A DNA stretch of 31,783 nucleotides, from the NCBI GenBank assembly GCA_002269645.1, contig NIVC01004910.1, positions 1-31,783 on the forward strand, read 5' to 3'. The DNA is from Macrostomum lignano. Its lineage: Eukaryota. Below the pieces are notes generated by a model. The model had not been told where the DNA came from and searched no databases. It saw nothing but the letters and a program-made list of their open reading frames with translations. Of the stretch, positions 1-9,576 are shown one piece after another. Numbering within the stretch: position 1 is the stretch's first letter; the number at the start of each line of letters is the position of its first letter. The translations under genes and the position numbers were made by a program.

Positions 1-708
1 TCTCCTCTCGTTTCTCTCCTCTCTGCACTCTCATCTTTACCCTCTCTTTCTCCTCACTACTTTCTTCTCTTAAATCTCTGATCTCTGATCTTTCATCTCT
101 CTTCTCTCACCTCTCTCCTCTCTTGCCTCTCTTCTATTGCCTCTGTACGCTCTTATCCCTCCTTTCTCTTTCTCTCCTGTCTCCTCTCTGCTATCTCATA
201 TCTCCTCTCTCATATCCTCTCCCTTCATCTCTCTCTCCTCTTCTCTTCTCTCTCCTTTTCCCGCCTTACTCCCCTCTTCTCTCCATCTGTCATTCTAATT
301 CTCTCCACTCATTTCTACTCTGTTTACTATCATCTCATCTCTCTCCTCTCTCCTCTCTCTCTTCTCCTTTCGCTTCTCTCTCCTCTCTCTCCTCTCATCT
401 CTACTACCTTATTTATATCTTCTCCCTGGTCTTTTGTCTCTACTCTCTCTCTTGTCTCCTTTCTCCCCTCTTTTCTCCTCTCTTCTCTCTCCTCTCTCCC
501 CTCCTCTCTCATCTCATCTCCTCATCTCACTCTTTCTTTCTCCTCTACTCTCCCCTCTCTTCTATTGCCTCTGTACGCTCTTATCCCTCATCTATTCTCT
601 CTCCTATCATCTCCAATCTGTCATGTCTAATCTCTCCACTCAATTTTACTCTATTTTCTATCATCTCTTCTCTCTTCTCTTTTCAGTCTTCTCTTTACTC
701 TCTTCTCT
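1..708 (+). repeat. Complex polypyrimidine (CT-rich) tract, 5'-truncated by window
   Basis: Very G-poor; ends in shared CTCTTTACTCTCTTCTCT. Confidence 0.95.
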
Positions 709-1101
709 GACTGATTGAAGATGCCAAATCCATCAAAATCCTCTCCGCGAAGCAAAAATCCTGTCTGTGCAACTAAAAACCATCGAAATCCTCTCAGTGA
801 AACTGGACTCCTTCGAAATCCTCTCCTTGAAACCTGAATCCATCAAAATTGTTTCCATAAAACAGAAATCAATCATAAATTATCTCAGCGAAACAGAAAG
901 CCTCTCCGTGAAGCTGAACATGATCGAAATCCTCTCCGTGAAACTGAACACCATGGAAATCCTTTCGTGAAACTGAACATCATCGAAATCCTCTCCACGA
1001 AACAGAAATCTTCTCCGTCAGAATTTAAACATTGAAATCGTCTCCGCTAAACTTGACTTAATCGAATTTTTTCCGTCAAACAACTCAACTCGCCAGATTC
1101 A
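709..1101 (+). repeat. Degenerate 30/20-bp minisatellite (GAAACTGAACACCATCGAAATCCTCTCCGT / GAAACAGAAATCCTCTCCGT)
   Basis: GAAATCCTCTCC core recurs at 20-30 bp spacing. Shorter versions at ~2145-2316, 5289-5436, 7921-8137, 10741-10950, ~15520-15609, 17798-18024, 26034-26174. Confidence 0.9.
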
Positions 1102-1135
1102 TTAGGGTTAGGGTTAGGGTTAGGGTTAGGGTTAG
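1102..1135 (+). repeat. Interstitial telomeric repeat (TTAGGG)5TTAG
   Basis: Read directly. Confidence 0.97.
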
Positions 1136-2053
1136 AACTACGCACAGCTTCGTGTTAAAAGGCACAGATAAAAATATTGAACTAATTGAATCAATTCATT
1201 GCGCAACCGATTTCTCAGTCAGTCAGTATCAGCCTCAGGTAAAGTTAACAAAAACATTGCGCAATCTAAATCAACCTCCAATACACAGCAGCAGTGAGAA
1301 GTTGAACCCTCCCCCAGCTTTATCTATTACGTCTCGCAAAACTGAGTACAATCTTTGCAGCAAGTTAAAAGTATGGAAATAGTTTTTCAAATGCTGTGCT
1401 TTTTCTTTTCATATTTAAAGCAAACAACTTATATCCCCGAACTCAGCGTTGCAAGATCTTCCAGCAATATAAGTTTCTCCTATCAAAGTTTAAAACTCGA
1501 GGAACAGTTAGCGTTTGAAACTGTCTGATTTATAGCATTGAAGTATCGAGTGTACGTTCACTGCCTGCTTGCAAGTTGATGCATTGAATTTCAATGTCCA
1601 ACAAATACACAGGGCTGCCCATTGAAAGGCAGGAAAACTTATCAGTAGCCATATCATTGCGCAATTATCTATAAGTCAGCCAGTGAGCCAGGGTCCAAGT
1701 GTACACACGCAGCCACTGAGAACGCTCCCACCCCCACTGGAAGAAAATACACTACAGAGATAGGGAAAAGTTGTGGCGCAATCACTAAAAATTCGTGCAT
1801 TTTTCAGCTCCAAGCAGAAAGAGGGGACAATTAAGATTATCAAAGGTCAAGATTCGTTTTCTGCTTTTTTGAGGATCTTAGAAATTAAAATTTCAGAATT
1901 AAAATAGCCTATAGCCGACCTCGGATAATTTCCAATCTTCCCATATAAGTTTCAACGCTGAGTTGCACTATTCAAGGAGGAGTTGTCGAAATGACAGACA
2001 GACATACAGACAGACATACAGACAGACAAACAACGCGTCAACTTTAGTATATA
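1132..2053 (-). mobile_element. Non-autonomous Helitron-like element H1 (subfamily I, one internal monomer)
   Basis: Minus strand: TATATACTAAAGTTGACGCG start, (TGTC/TGTA)n at ~1993-2028, imperfect terminal palindrome then CTAA. No TIRs, TSDs or coding capacity. Class assignment is by structure only. Confidence 0.6.
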
Positions 2054-2316
2054 CGAGGCCAACTCCTCCTTCGGAGAAGAAAGGGGAAGAACTCCAATCA
2101 GCGGAATTCCATTCCCTGAACTCCATCAGCGGAATCCCATTTTCCAACACCTCTCCGCGCAACAGAAATCGTCTCCGTGAAACTGAACACTATCGAAATC
2201 CTCTCCGTGAAACTGAACACCATCGAAATATTCTCCGCGAAATAGAAATCCTCTCCGTGAAACTGGACTAAATCGAAATTTCTACGTCAAACAGCCCAGC
2301 TCTCAGAATTCATTGG

Positions 2317-2338
2317 TTAGGGTTAGGGTTAGGGTTAG
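2317..2338 (+). repeat. Interstitial telomeric repeat (TTAGGG)3TTAG
   Basis: Read directly. Confidence 0.95.
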
Positions 2339-3290
2339 AGCTACACACAGCTGCGTGTTGAAAGGCGCCGTAAAAACATTGAACCAATTAAATTGCGCAA
2401 CTTATTTCTCAGGCAGTCAGTATCAGCGTCAGTTAAAGTTAACAAAAAGATTGCGCAATCTAAATCAGCCCTCCAATACACAGCAACCGACCCCCTTCCA
2501 ATACGCAGTGCAGCTAGAAATTGAACCCCCCCTACTAACTATTGGGGGGGGGGTCGGTCGAACCCCCATTGAACTCCAAAATGAGCAAAATCTTTGCAGA
2601 AAGCTAAAAGTATGAAAATCTTTTCTTGAATGCTGTGAATTTAATTTTCATATTTAAAGCAAAAAACTTATATCCCCGAACTCATCGCAGCAAGATCTTT
2701 CCAGCAATATAAGTCTCTCCTCTCTAAGTTCAAAACTCGAGCAACAGTTAGTGTTTGAAACTTTCTGATTTTAAGCATTGAAATATCGAGTGTACGTTCA
2801 CTGCCTGCTAAAGATGCTCGCAAGTTTATGCATAAAAATGCACTGAATTTCACTGTGCAAAAAATACACAGGGCTGCCTGTTAAAAAACAGAACACAAAT
2901 AGTTGCGCAATTGTCTATAAAGTCAGCCAGTGAGCCAGGGTCCGATTGTACACACGCCGCCAATGAGAACGCGCCCATTCCCCCACAGGAGAGAAAACGC
3001 ACTGGCGACATAGGAAAAAGTTGTGGCGTAATCACTCAAAATTTATGCCAATTTTCAGCTCCGAGCAGAAAGAGGGACAAATAAGATTATCAAAGGTCAG
3101 AATTGCTGCTTTCTGCTTTTTTAGGGATCTTAAAATTTAAAAATGAAAGATTAAAATAGCCTAAAGCCATCCTCGGAAAATTTGCAGTTTTCCCATATAA
3201 GTTTCAACGCTGAGTTGCAAGTATTCTAGGAGGAGTTATCGAACTGACATACATACAGACAAACAACGCACCACTTTTAGTATTAAGAGA
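2335..3290 (-). mobile_element. Helitron-like element H2 (subfamily II)
   Basis: Minus-strand 5' TCTCTTAATACTAAAAG; 3' palindrome ACACGCAGCTGTGTGT (2343-2358), 4 nt, then CTAA. Subfamily II diagnostics on + strand: GCCTAAAGCCATCCTCGG and GCAAGTATTCTAGGAGGAGTTAT. Confidence 0.62.
2343..2358 (-). terminator. Putative Helitron 3' terminal palindrome (replication-termination hairpin), representative copy
   Basis: Minus strand ACACGCAGCTGTGTGT is self-complementary apart from one G.T wobble (an A.C mismatch on + strand), followed by AGCT-CTAA. A variant ACACGAAGCTGTGCGT occurs in other copies. Canonical Helitrons end with a 16-20 nt palindrome shortly before CTRR. Confidence 0.55.
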
Positions 3291-3694
3291 GATTGTCTAT
3301 AAAGTCAGCCAGTGAGCCAGGGTCCAATTGTACACACGCCGCCAATGAGAACGCGCCCATTCCCCCACAGGAGAGAAAATGCACTGGCGACATAGGAAAA
3401 AGTTGTGGCGTAATCACTCAAAATTCATGCAAATTTTCAGCTCCGAGCAGAAAAAGGGTACAATTAAGATTATCAAAGGTCAGAATTGCCGTTTTCTGCT
3501 TTTTTAGGGATCTTAAAATGTAAAATAAAAGATTAAAATAGCCTAAAGCCATCCTCGGAAAATTTGCAGTTTTCCCACATAAGTTTCAACGCTGACTTGC
3601 AAGTATTCTAGGAGGAGTTATCCAACAAACACACACACACACAGACAAACAACGCACCAGTTTTAGTATTAAGAGATAGAGAGAGAGAGATAGA
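3291..3694 (-). mobile_element. 3'-truncated subfamily II element (intact 5' end)
   Basis: Repeats the 5'-proximal ~400 bp of H2 and abuts the H2 5' end with no spacer. Confidence 0.6.
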
Positions 3695-3695
3695 T

Positions 3696-4122
3696 GCCTG
3701 CTAATGTGGGAGGCTCGCACGTTTATTCATTGAATTTCACTGCCGCCTCAACACCCCTAACCCGGGGGGGGGGTTCTATTTGCTCCATTGCTCAGTGCAC
3801 ACAGTTGTGGCGCAATCACAAAAAAATTGTCAACCGGCCCGGCTACACCCCCTCAGTTAAAAGAATACACTACACAGATAGGCCAGCTGTTGTGGCGTAA
3901 TCATTAAGAGTTGCGCAAGGTAATCGTAATCCCTATTGTTATACTATTTCTGCTTTTTTAGGGATCTTAAAATATGAAAATGCAGAATTTTAATCGCCTA
4001 AAGCCATCCTCGGACAATTTTCAGTTTTCCCATATAAGTTTCAACACTGACTTGCAAGTAGTCTGGGAGGAGTTATGCAACAAACGGACGCACAAACATC
4101 GCACCAACTTTAGTATTAGGAG
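3696..4122 (-). mobile_element. 3'-truncated, strongly diverged element (third variant)
   Basis: Intact 5' end (TCTCCTAATACTAAAG on minus). Body only partly alignable (AATACACTAC-AGATAGG; GTTGTGGCG-AATCA twice). Confidence 0.5.
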
Positions 4123-4129
4123 AGTGGAA

Positions 4130-4146
4130 CTCCTCCTTCGGAGGAG
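4130..4146 (-). terminator. Second conserved hairpin CTCCTCC-GAA-GGAGGAG (candidate secondary terminator), representative copy
   Basis: Perfect 7-bp stem also at 6831, 9586, 11902, 15052, 18977, 22098, 24874, 27127, 29585; loop variant at 16764; one stem mismatch at 2063. Always ~7-10 nt from the next element 5' end. Confidence 0.45.
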
Positions 4147-4285
4147 AAAGGGGAAGAACTCCCATCACCGGAATTCCATTCCCTGAAATATCCATCAACT
4201 GAAATTCCATGTCTTGAACCCTATCTTCCAAATCGTCTCCAAATTCTTTAGAAAACCTTTCAAAGACCATAGCTCAAAGACTCTC

Positions 4286-5288
4286 ACGTCTCTCATATCT
4301 ACTCTCTCCACTCTGTGCTATTATCGTGACTCTCTTCTCTCTCCTCTCTCTCATCTCATCTCTACCCGTACTCCCTTATTTATGTTTTCTCCCTCGTCTT
4401 TCGTCTGTACCCTCTCCTGTCTCTTGTCTCCTCTCTTCTCTCATATCTCTCCTCTTCACTTCTGTCTCCTGTCTTCTCTCTTCTCTCTTATCTCTCCCTC
4501 TTCTCTCCTCTTTTATATGTCATCCCTATTCACTTATCTATCGTCTCTCTTAACCCTCTCTCTCTTCTCTTTTCTTTCCTCTCTGCTCTCATTTCTCATA
4601 TCTCATATACGCTCTCACACTCCACTTACTTGTCTCCAATCTTTCTTTCCTCCTTTCCACTTTTCCCTGTCTCTTCTCTTCTCTCTTTTCTATCCTCTCC
4701 ATTCTCTCTTTTCTCCTCCCTTGCTCCTTTTATCTTCTCCCCTCTCTTCTCTAATCTCTTCTCTCTTCTCTCTTATGTTCTCACTCATCTCTTATCATCG
4801 CATCTCTCATCTCTCCTCTCCTCACTACTTTCCTCTCTTAACTCTCTTATCTATTTCATCTCTCTCCTCTCTCCTCTTTCTCTTCTCCTCTCGCTTCTTC
4901 TCTCGCTTCTCTCTCCTATCTCTCCTCTCATCTCTACTACCGTATTTATATCTTCTAACTGGTCCTTCGTCTCTACTCTCTCCTTTCTCCTTTCTCCCCT
5001 CTTTTCTCCTTTCTTGTCTCTCCTGTCTCCCCTCCTCTCTCATCCCTCATCCCCTCATCTCACTCTTTCTTTCTCCTCTACTCTCCCCTCTCTTCTATTT
5101 TCTCTGTACGCTCTTATCCCTAATCTATTTTCTCTCCTCTCTCCTCTTTTCTACTCTCTCCCTCTTCGTTCCCGCCTAAATCCCCTCTTCTCTCCAATCT
5201 GTCATGTCTAATATCTCCACTTATTTCTACTCTGTTTTCTATCATCTCATCTCTCTTCTGCTTTCATTTTCTCTTTACTCTTTTCTCT
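4286..5288 (+). repeat. Complex CT-rich tract
   Basis: Near-identical to 9736-10740. Confidence 0.95.
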
Positions 5289-5436
5289 GACTGATTGAAG
5301 ATGCCAAATCCATCAAGATCCTCTCCGCGAAGCAGAAATCCTGTCCGTGCAACTGAAAACCATCGAAATTCTCTCTTTTAAACTGGACTCAATCGAAATT
5401 TTCTCCGTCAAAAAAATAAATATCAGGATTCATTGG

Positions 5437-5470
5437 TTAGGGTTATTGTTAGGGTTAGGGTTAGGGTTAA
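5437..5470 (+). repeat. Telomeric repeat with TTATTG variant: TTAGGG TTATTG (TTAGGG)3 TTAA
   Basis: Read directly. Confidence 0.95.
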
Positions 5471-6822
5471 AGCTACACAGCTGCGTGTTCAAATAAAAAT
5501 TGAACCAATTGAATCAATTGATTGCGCAACCGATTTCTCAGTCAGTCAGTATCAGTCTCAGTTAAAGTTAACAAAAAGATTGCGCAATCTAAATCAACCC
5601 TCCAGTACACAGAGACCGACCTCTTTTCAATACGCAGTAGCAGTTAGAAATTGAACGCCGAACTGTTGGGGGCATTGAACCAAAAAATGAGTACAATCTT
5701 TGCATAAAGCTAAAAGTATGGAAATAGTTTTTTTGATGCTGCTCTTTTAGTCTTTACATTTATAGCAAACAATTTATATCCTCGAACTCAGCGTTGCAAG
5801 ATCTTTTCAGCAGTATAAGTATCTTCTCTTAAAGTTTAGAACTCGAAGAGCAGTTAGCGTTTGAAAGTTCCCGTTTTAAGGCATTGAAATATCGCGTGTA
5901 CGTTCACTGCCTTCCAAAGAGGCTCGCAAATTTATTCATTCATTACACAGGCTGGCTATTACACAGGGCAGCCTATTGAAAGGCACAGATAATAAAACAA
6001 ATTGATGGCGCAACCGATTTCACAGTCAGTCAGTATCAGTCTCAGTTAAAGTTAAGAAAAACATTGCGCAATCTAAATCAACCCTCCAATACACAGCGCC
6101 CGACCGCCTTCCACTACGCAGTGGCAATTAGCAATTGAACCCCCCAAATTTATCTCTGACCTATCGCAAAAATAAGTACAATCTTTGCAGCAAGTTAAAA
6201 GTAAAAGTAATAAAATCGTTTTTTGAATGCTGTGCTTTTAATTTTTACAGTTAAAGCAAACAACTTATATCCCTGAACTCAGCGTTGCAAGATCTTTCCA
6301 GCAATATAAGTCTCTCCTCTCAAAGTTCAAAAATCGAGCAACAGTTAGCATTTGAAACTTTCTGATTTAAAGCATTGAAATATCGAGTGTACGTTCACTG
6401 CCTGCTAGAGAGGCTCGCAAATTGATGCATTGAATTTCACTGTCCGCCAGTTAGCTAGGGTCCAAGTGTACACACGCCGCCACTGAGAACGCTCCTATCC
6501 CCCACTGGAGAGAAAAACACTGCCAAGTTAGCAAAATTTTATGGCGCAATCACTTAAAATTCATGCAGATTTTCAGCTCCAAGCAGAAAGAGGGGACAAT
6601 TAAGATTATCAAAGGTCAAGACCGCCGTTTTCTGCTTTTTTGAGGATCTTAGAAATTAAAATTTCAGAATTAAAATAGCCTATAGCCGACCTCGGATAAT
6701 TTCCAATCTTCCCATATAAGTTTCAACGCTGAGTTGGCACTATTCAAGGAGGAGTTGTCGAAATGACAGACACACAGACAGACAGACAGACAGACAAACA
6801 ACACGTCAACTTTAGTATATAC
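5467..6822 (-). mobile_element. Helitron-like element H3 (two internal monomers)
   Basis: Same termini as the other copies. Monomer anchor CGCAACCGATTT at 5525 and 6009 (484 bp apart). Confidence 0.6.
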
Positions 6823-6954
6823 GAGTGGAACTCCTCCTTCGGAGGAGAAAGGGGAAGAACTCCCATCACCGGAATTCCATTCCCTGAAATCCATCAGCTG
6901 AAACTCCATGACTTGAATCCCATCTTCCAAATCATCTCCAAAACCTCTGTAAAG

Positions 6955-7920
6955 CCTTTTGCTCTCCTCTTGCCCTCTTATCTCTACAGTGTAGTCTCTT
7001 ATCTTTTCTCTCTAATCTGCTTTTCATCTCTAGTCTCTCATCTCTGCTCTCTCTTCTTTGCTATCTTATATCTAGTCTCTCCTTTCTCTCCTCTCATCTC
7101 TACTCCCTTATGTATCTCTTCTCCCTCGTCTTTCGTCTGTACCCTCTCTTGTCTCGTGTCTCCTCTCTTCTCTCTTATCTCTCTCTCTTCTCTCCTCTCT
7201 CATATGTCATCTCTACTCACTTATCTATCGTCTCTCTTTACCCTCTCTCTTCTCTCTGCTCTCATTTCTCATATCTCATATACGCTCTCACACTCTACTT
7301 TCTTGTCTCCCATCTTTCTTTCCTCCTTTCCACTATCCCCTGTCTCTTCTCTTCTCTCTTTTCTCCTCTCCTTTCTCCTTTCATCTTCTCCCCACTCTTC
7401 TCTAATCTCTAATCTCTTCTCTCTTATGTTCTCACGCATATCTTCTCATCGTATCTCTCATCTCTCCTCTCCTCACTACTTTCCTCTCTTAACTCTCTCA
7501 TCTCTGATCTTTCATCTCTCTCCTCTCTCCTCTCTCTTCTCCTTTCGCTTCTCTCTCCTCCCTCTCCTCTCATCTCTACTACCTTATTTATTTCTTCTCC
7601 CTGGTTTTTTCGTCTCTACTCTCTCCTGTTCTCCTTTCTCCCTCTTTTCTCCTCTCTTCTCTCTCCTGTCTTCCCTCCTCTCTCATCCCTCATCCCCTCA
7701 TCTCACTCTTTCTTTCTCCTCTACTCCCCCTCTCTTGTATCCCTTTGCTATCTCATATCTCCCCTCTCATCTCCTCTCTCTTTCTCTTCTCTCTCCTTCG
7801 TTCCCGCCTACTCCCCTCTTCTCTCCTATCTGTCATGTCTAATCTCTCCACTCATTTCTACTCTGTTTTCTATCATGTCATCTCTCTTCTCTTTTCATTC
7901 TTCTCTTTACTCTCTTCTCT
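6955..7920 (+). repeat. Complex CT-rich tract
   Basis: Shared landmarks CCTCGTCTTTCGTCTGTACCC and CTGTCATGTCTAATCTCTCCACTCA. Confidence 0.95.
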
Positions 7921-8137
7921 GACTGATTGAAGATGCCAAATCCATCAAGATCCTCTCCGCGAAGCAGTCTGTGCAACTGAAAACCATCGAAATCCTCTCT
8001 GTAAAACTGACCATCGAATCCTCTCAGCGAAACAGAAATCCTGTCCGTGAAACTGATAACCATCGAAATTCTCTCTTTAAAACTGGACTCAATCGAAATT
8101 TTCTCCGTCAAAAGATAAAAATATCATGATTCACTGG

Positions 8138-8170
8138 TTAGGGTTATTGTTAGGTTAGGGTTAGGGTTAG
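8138..8170 (+). repeat. Telomeric repeat with TTATTG and TTAGG variants
   Basis: Read directly. Confidence 0.93.
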
Positions 8171-9576
8171 AGCTACACACAGCTGCGTGTCCAAATAAAA
8201 ATTGAAACAATTGAATCAATTGATTGCGCAACAGATTTCTCAGTCAGTCAGTATCAGTCTCAGTTAAAGTTAACAAAAAGATTGCGCAATTTAAATCAAC
8301 CCTCCAGTACACAGAGACCGACCCCTTTTCAATACGCAGTGGCAATTAGAAATTGAACCCCCAACTGTTGGGGCATTGAACTAAAAATGAGTACAATCTT
8401 TGCAGAAAGCTAAAAGTATGGAAATAGTTTTTTTATGCTGTGCTTTTAGTCTTTATATTTAAAGCAAACAATTTATATCCTTGAACTCAGCGTTGCAAGA
8501 TCTTTTCAGCAGTATAAGTCTCTTCTCTTAAAGTTTAGAACTCGAAGAGCAGTAAGCATTTGAAAGTTCCCGTTTTAAAGCATTGAAATATCGAGTGTAC
8601 GTTCACTGCCTGCCAAAGAGGCTCGCAAGTTTATTCATTAATTACACAGGCCGGCTATTACACAGGGCAGCCTATTGAAAGGCACAGATAATAAACAAAT
8701 TGATGGCGCAACCGATTTCACAGTCAGTCAGTATCAGTCTCAGTTAAAGTTAACAAAAACATTGCGCAATCTAAATCAACCCTCCAATACACAGCAGCAG
8801 TGAGAAGTTAAACCCTCCCCCAACTTTATCTATTACGTCTCGCAAAACTGAGTACAATTTTGCAGAAAGTTAAAAGTATGGAAATACTTTTCAAATGCTG
8901 TGCTTTTTCTTTTCATATTTAAAGCAAACAACTTATATCCGAACTCTGCGTTGCAAGATCTTTCCAGCAATATAAGTTTCTCCTCTCAAAGTTTAAAACT
9001 CGAGGAACAGTTAGCGTTTGAAATTTACGATTTCCCGACTTCTTGCTAGAGATGCTCGCAAGTTTATTCATTTGAAATTCACTGCCCAGCTAATACACAG
9101 GCCGATAATAAACCAATTTGAATCTCGGCCCCACGTTCTATCTGTTTATAAAACAGCTATGTACACTCAGCCCAAGCCCAACCCCCCGTTCCGGGGGAAT
9201 CATTAAATTTAACCCAACCCCCCGACACGCGGGCGGTTTTATTTGCAATTGAACCCAGAACACGCGCACCCACCACCCCTCAATACACAGCGGCCCGCGG
9301 GCGGAGGTTGGGGTGGCTATTTTTACAAACTGGCTGCAGCCCCAGGCAGAGTGGCAAAAGAAGGTTATTGGGGGTCAAAAAGGCAGTTTTCTGCTTTTTT
9401 GAGGATCTTAGAAATTAAAATTTCAGAATTAAAATAGCCTATAGCCGACCTCGGATAATTTCCAATCTTCCCATATAAGTTTCAACGCTGAGTTGGCACT
9501 ATTCAAGGAGGAGTTGTCGAAATGACAGACAGACAGACAAACAACGCGTCAACTTTAGTATAGATAGATAGATAGA
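8167..9576 (-). mobile_element. Helitron-like element H4 (two monomers plus unique GC-rich insert)
   Basis: Minus-strand 5' TCTATCTATCTATCTATACTAAAG; 3' palindrome then CTAA. Monomer anchors at 8227 and 8707. Confidence 0.62.

Noticed and set aside
709-1101. CRISPR-like array (30-bp repeats; or conserved units with variable boxes)
   Set aside because: Repeats are degenerate and contiguous with no unique spacers, there are no cas genes, and variable boxes recur as a few alleles.
1136-1990. Tandem RNA-gene cluster (5S rRNA, tRNA, snRNA, spliced leader) or rDNA intergenic spacer
   Set aside because: I recognise no such RNA sequence or Pol III A/B/C boxes. An Rfam/tRNAscan search would be the decisive check.
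1132-2053. Autonomous Helitron, or LTR/LINE/TIR transposon
   Set aside because: No Rep/helicase, RT or transposase ORF; no terminal inverted repeats, TG...CA ends, poly(A) tail or target-site duplications seen.
4073-4270. Recurrent minus-strand ORF family MVFERF...PKEEFH
   Set aside because: The N-terminal part recurs only because the DNA is repeated. C-termini change frame at the variable junction, and no domain is recognisable.
4825-5043. Arg/Glu/Lys-rich minus-strand ORFs (MREEG...)
   Set aside because: Reverse-complement translation of the same low-complexity tract.
4214-5211. Long Ser/Leu/Pro/Phe-rich ORFs (up to 409 aa) over the CT tracts, superficially like membrane proteins
   Set aside because: Stop codons need purines, so pyrimidine tracts stay open in several frames at once. 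Frames differ between near-identical copies.
6747-6765. AGGAGG followed by ATG, resembling a Shine-Dalgarno plus start codon in each subfamily I element
   Set aside because: The ORF runs into a length-variable microsatellite with different frames per copy. The context (TTAGGG, microsatellites, no genes) is eukaryotic.
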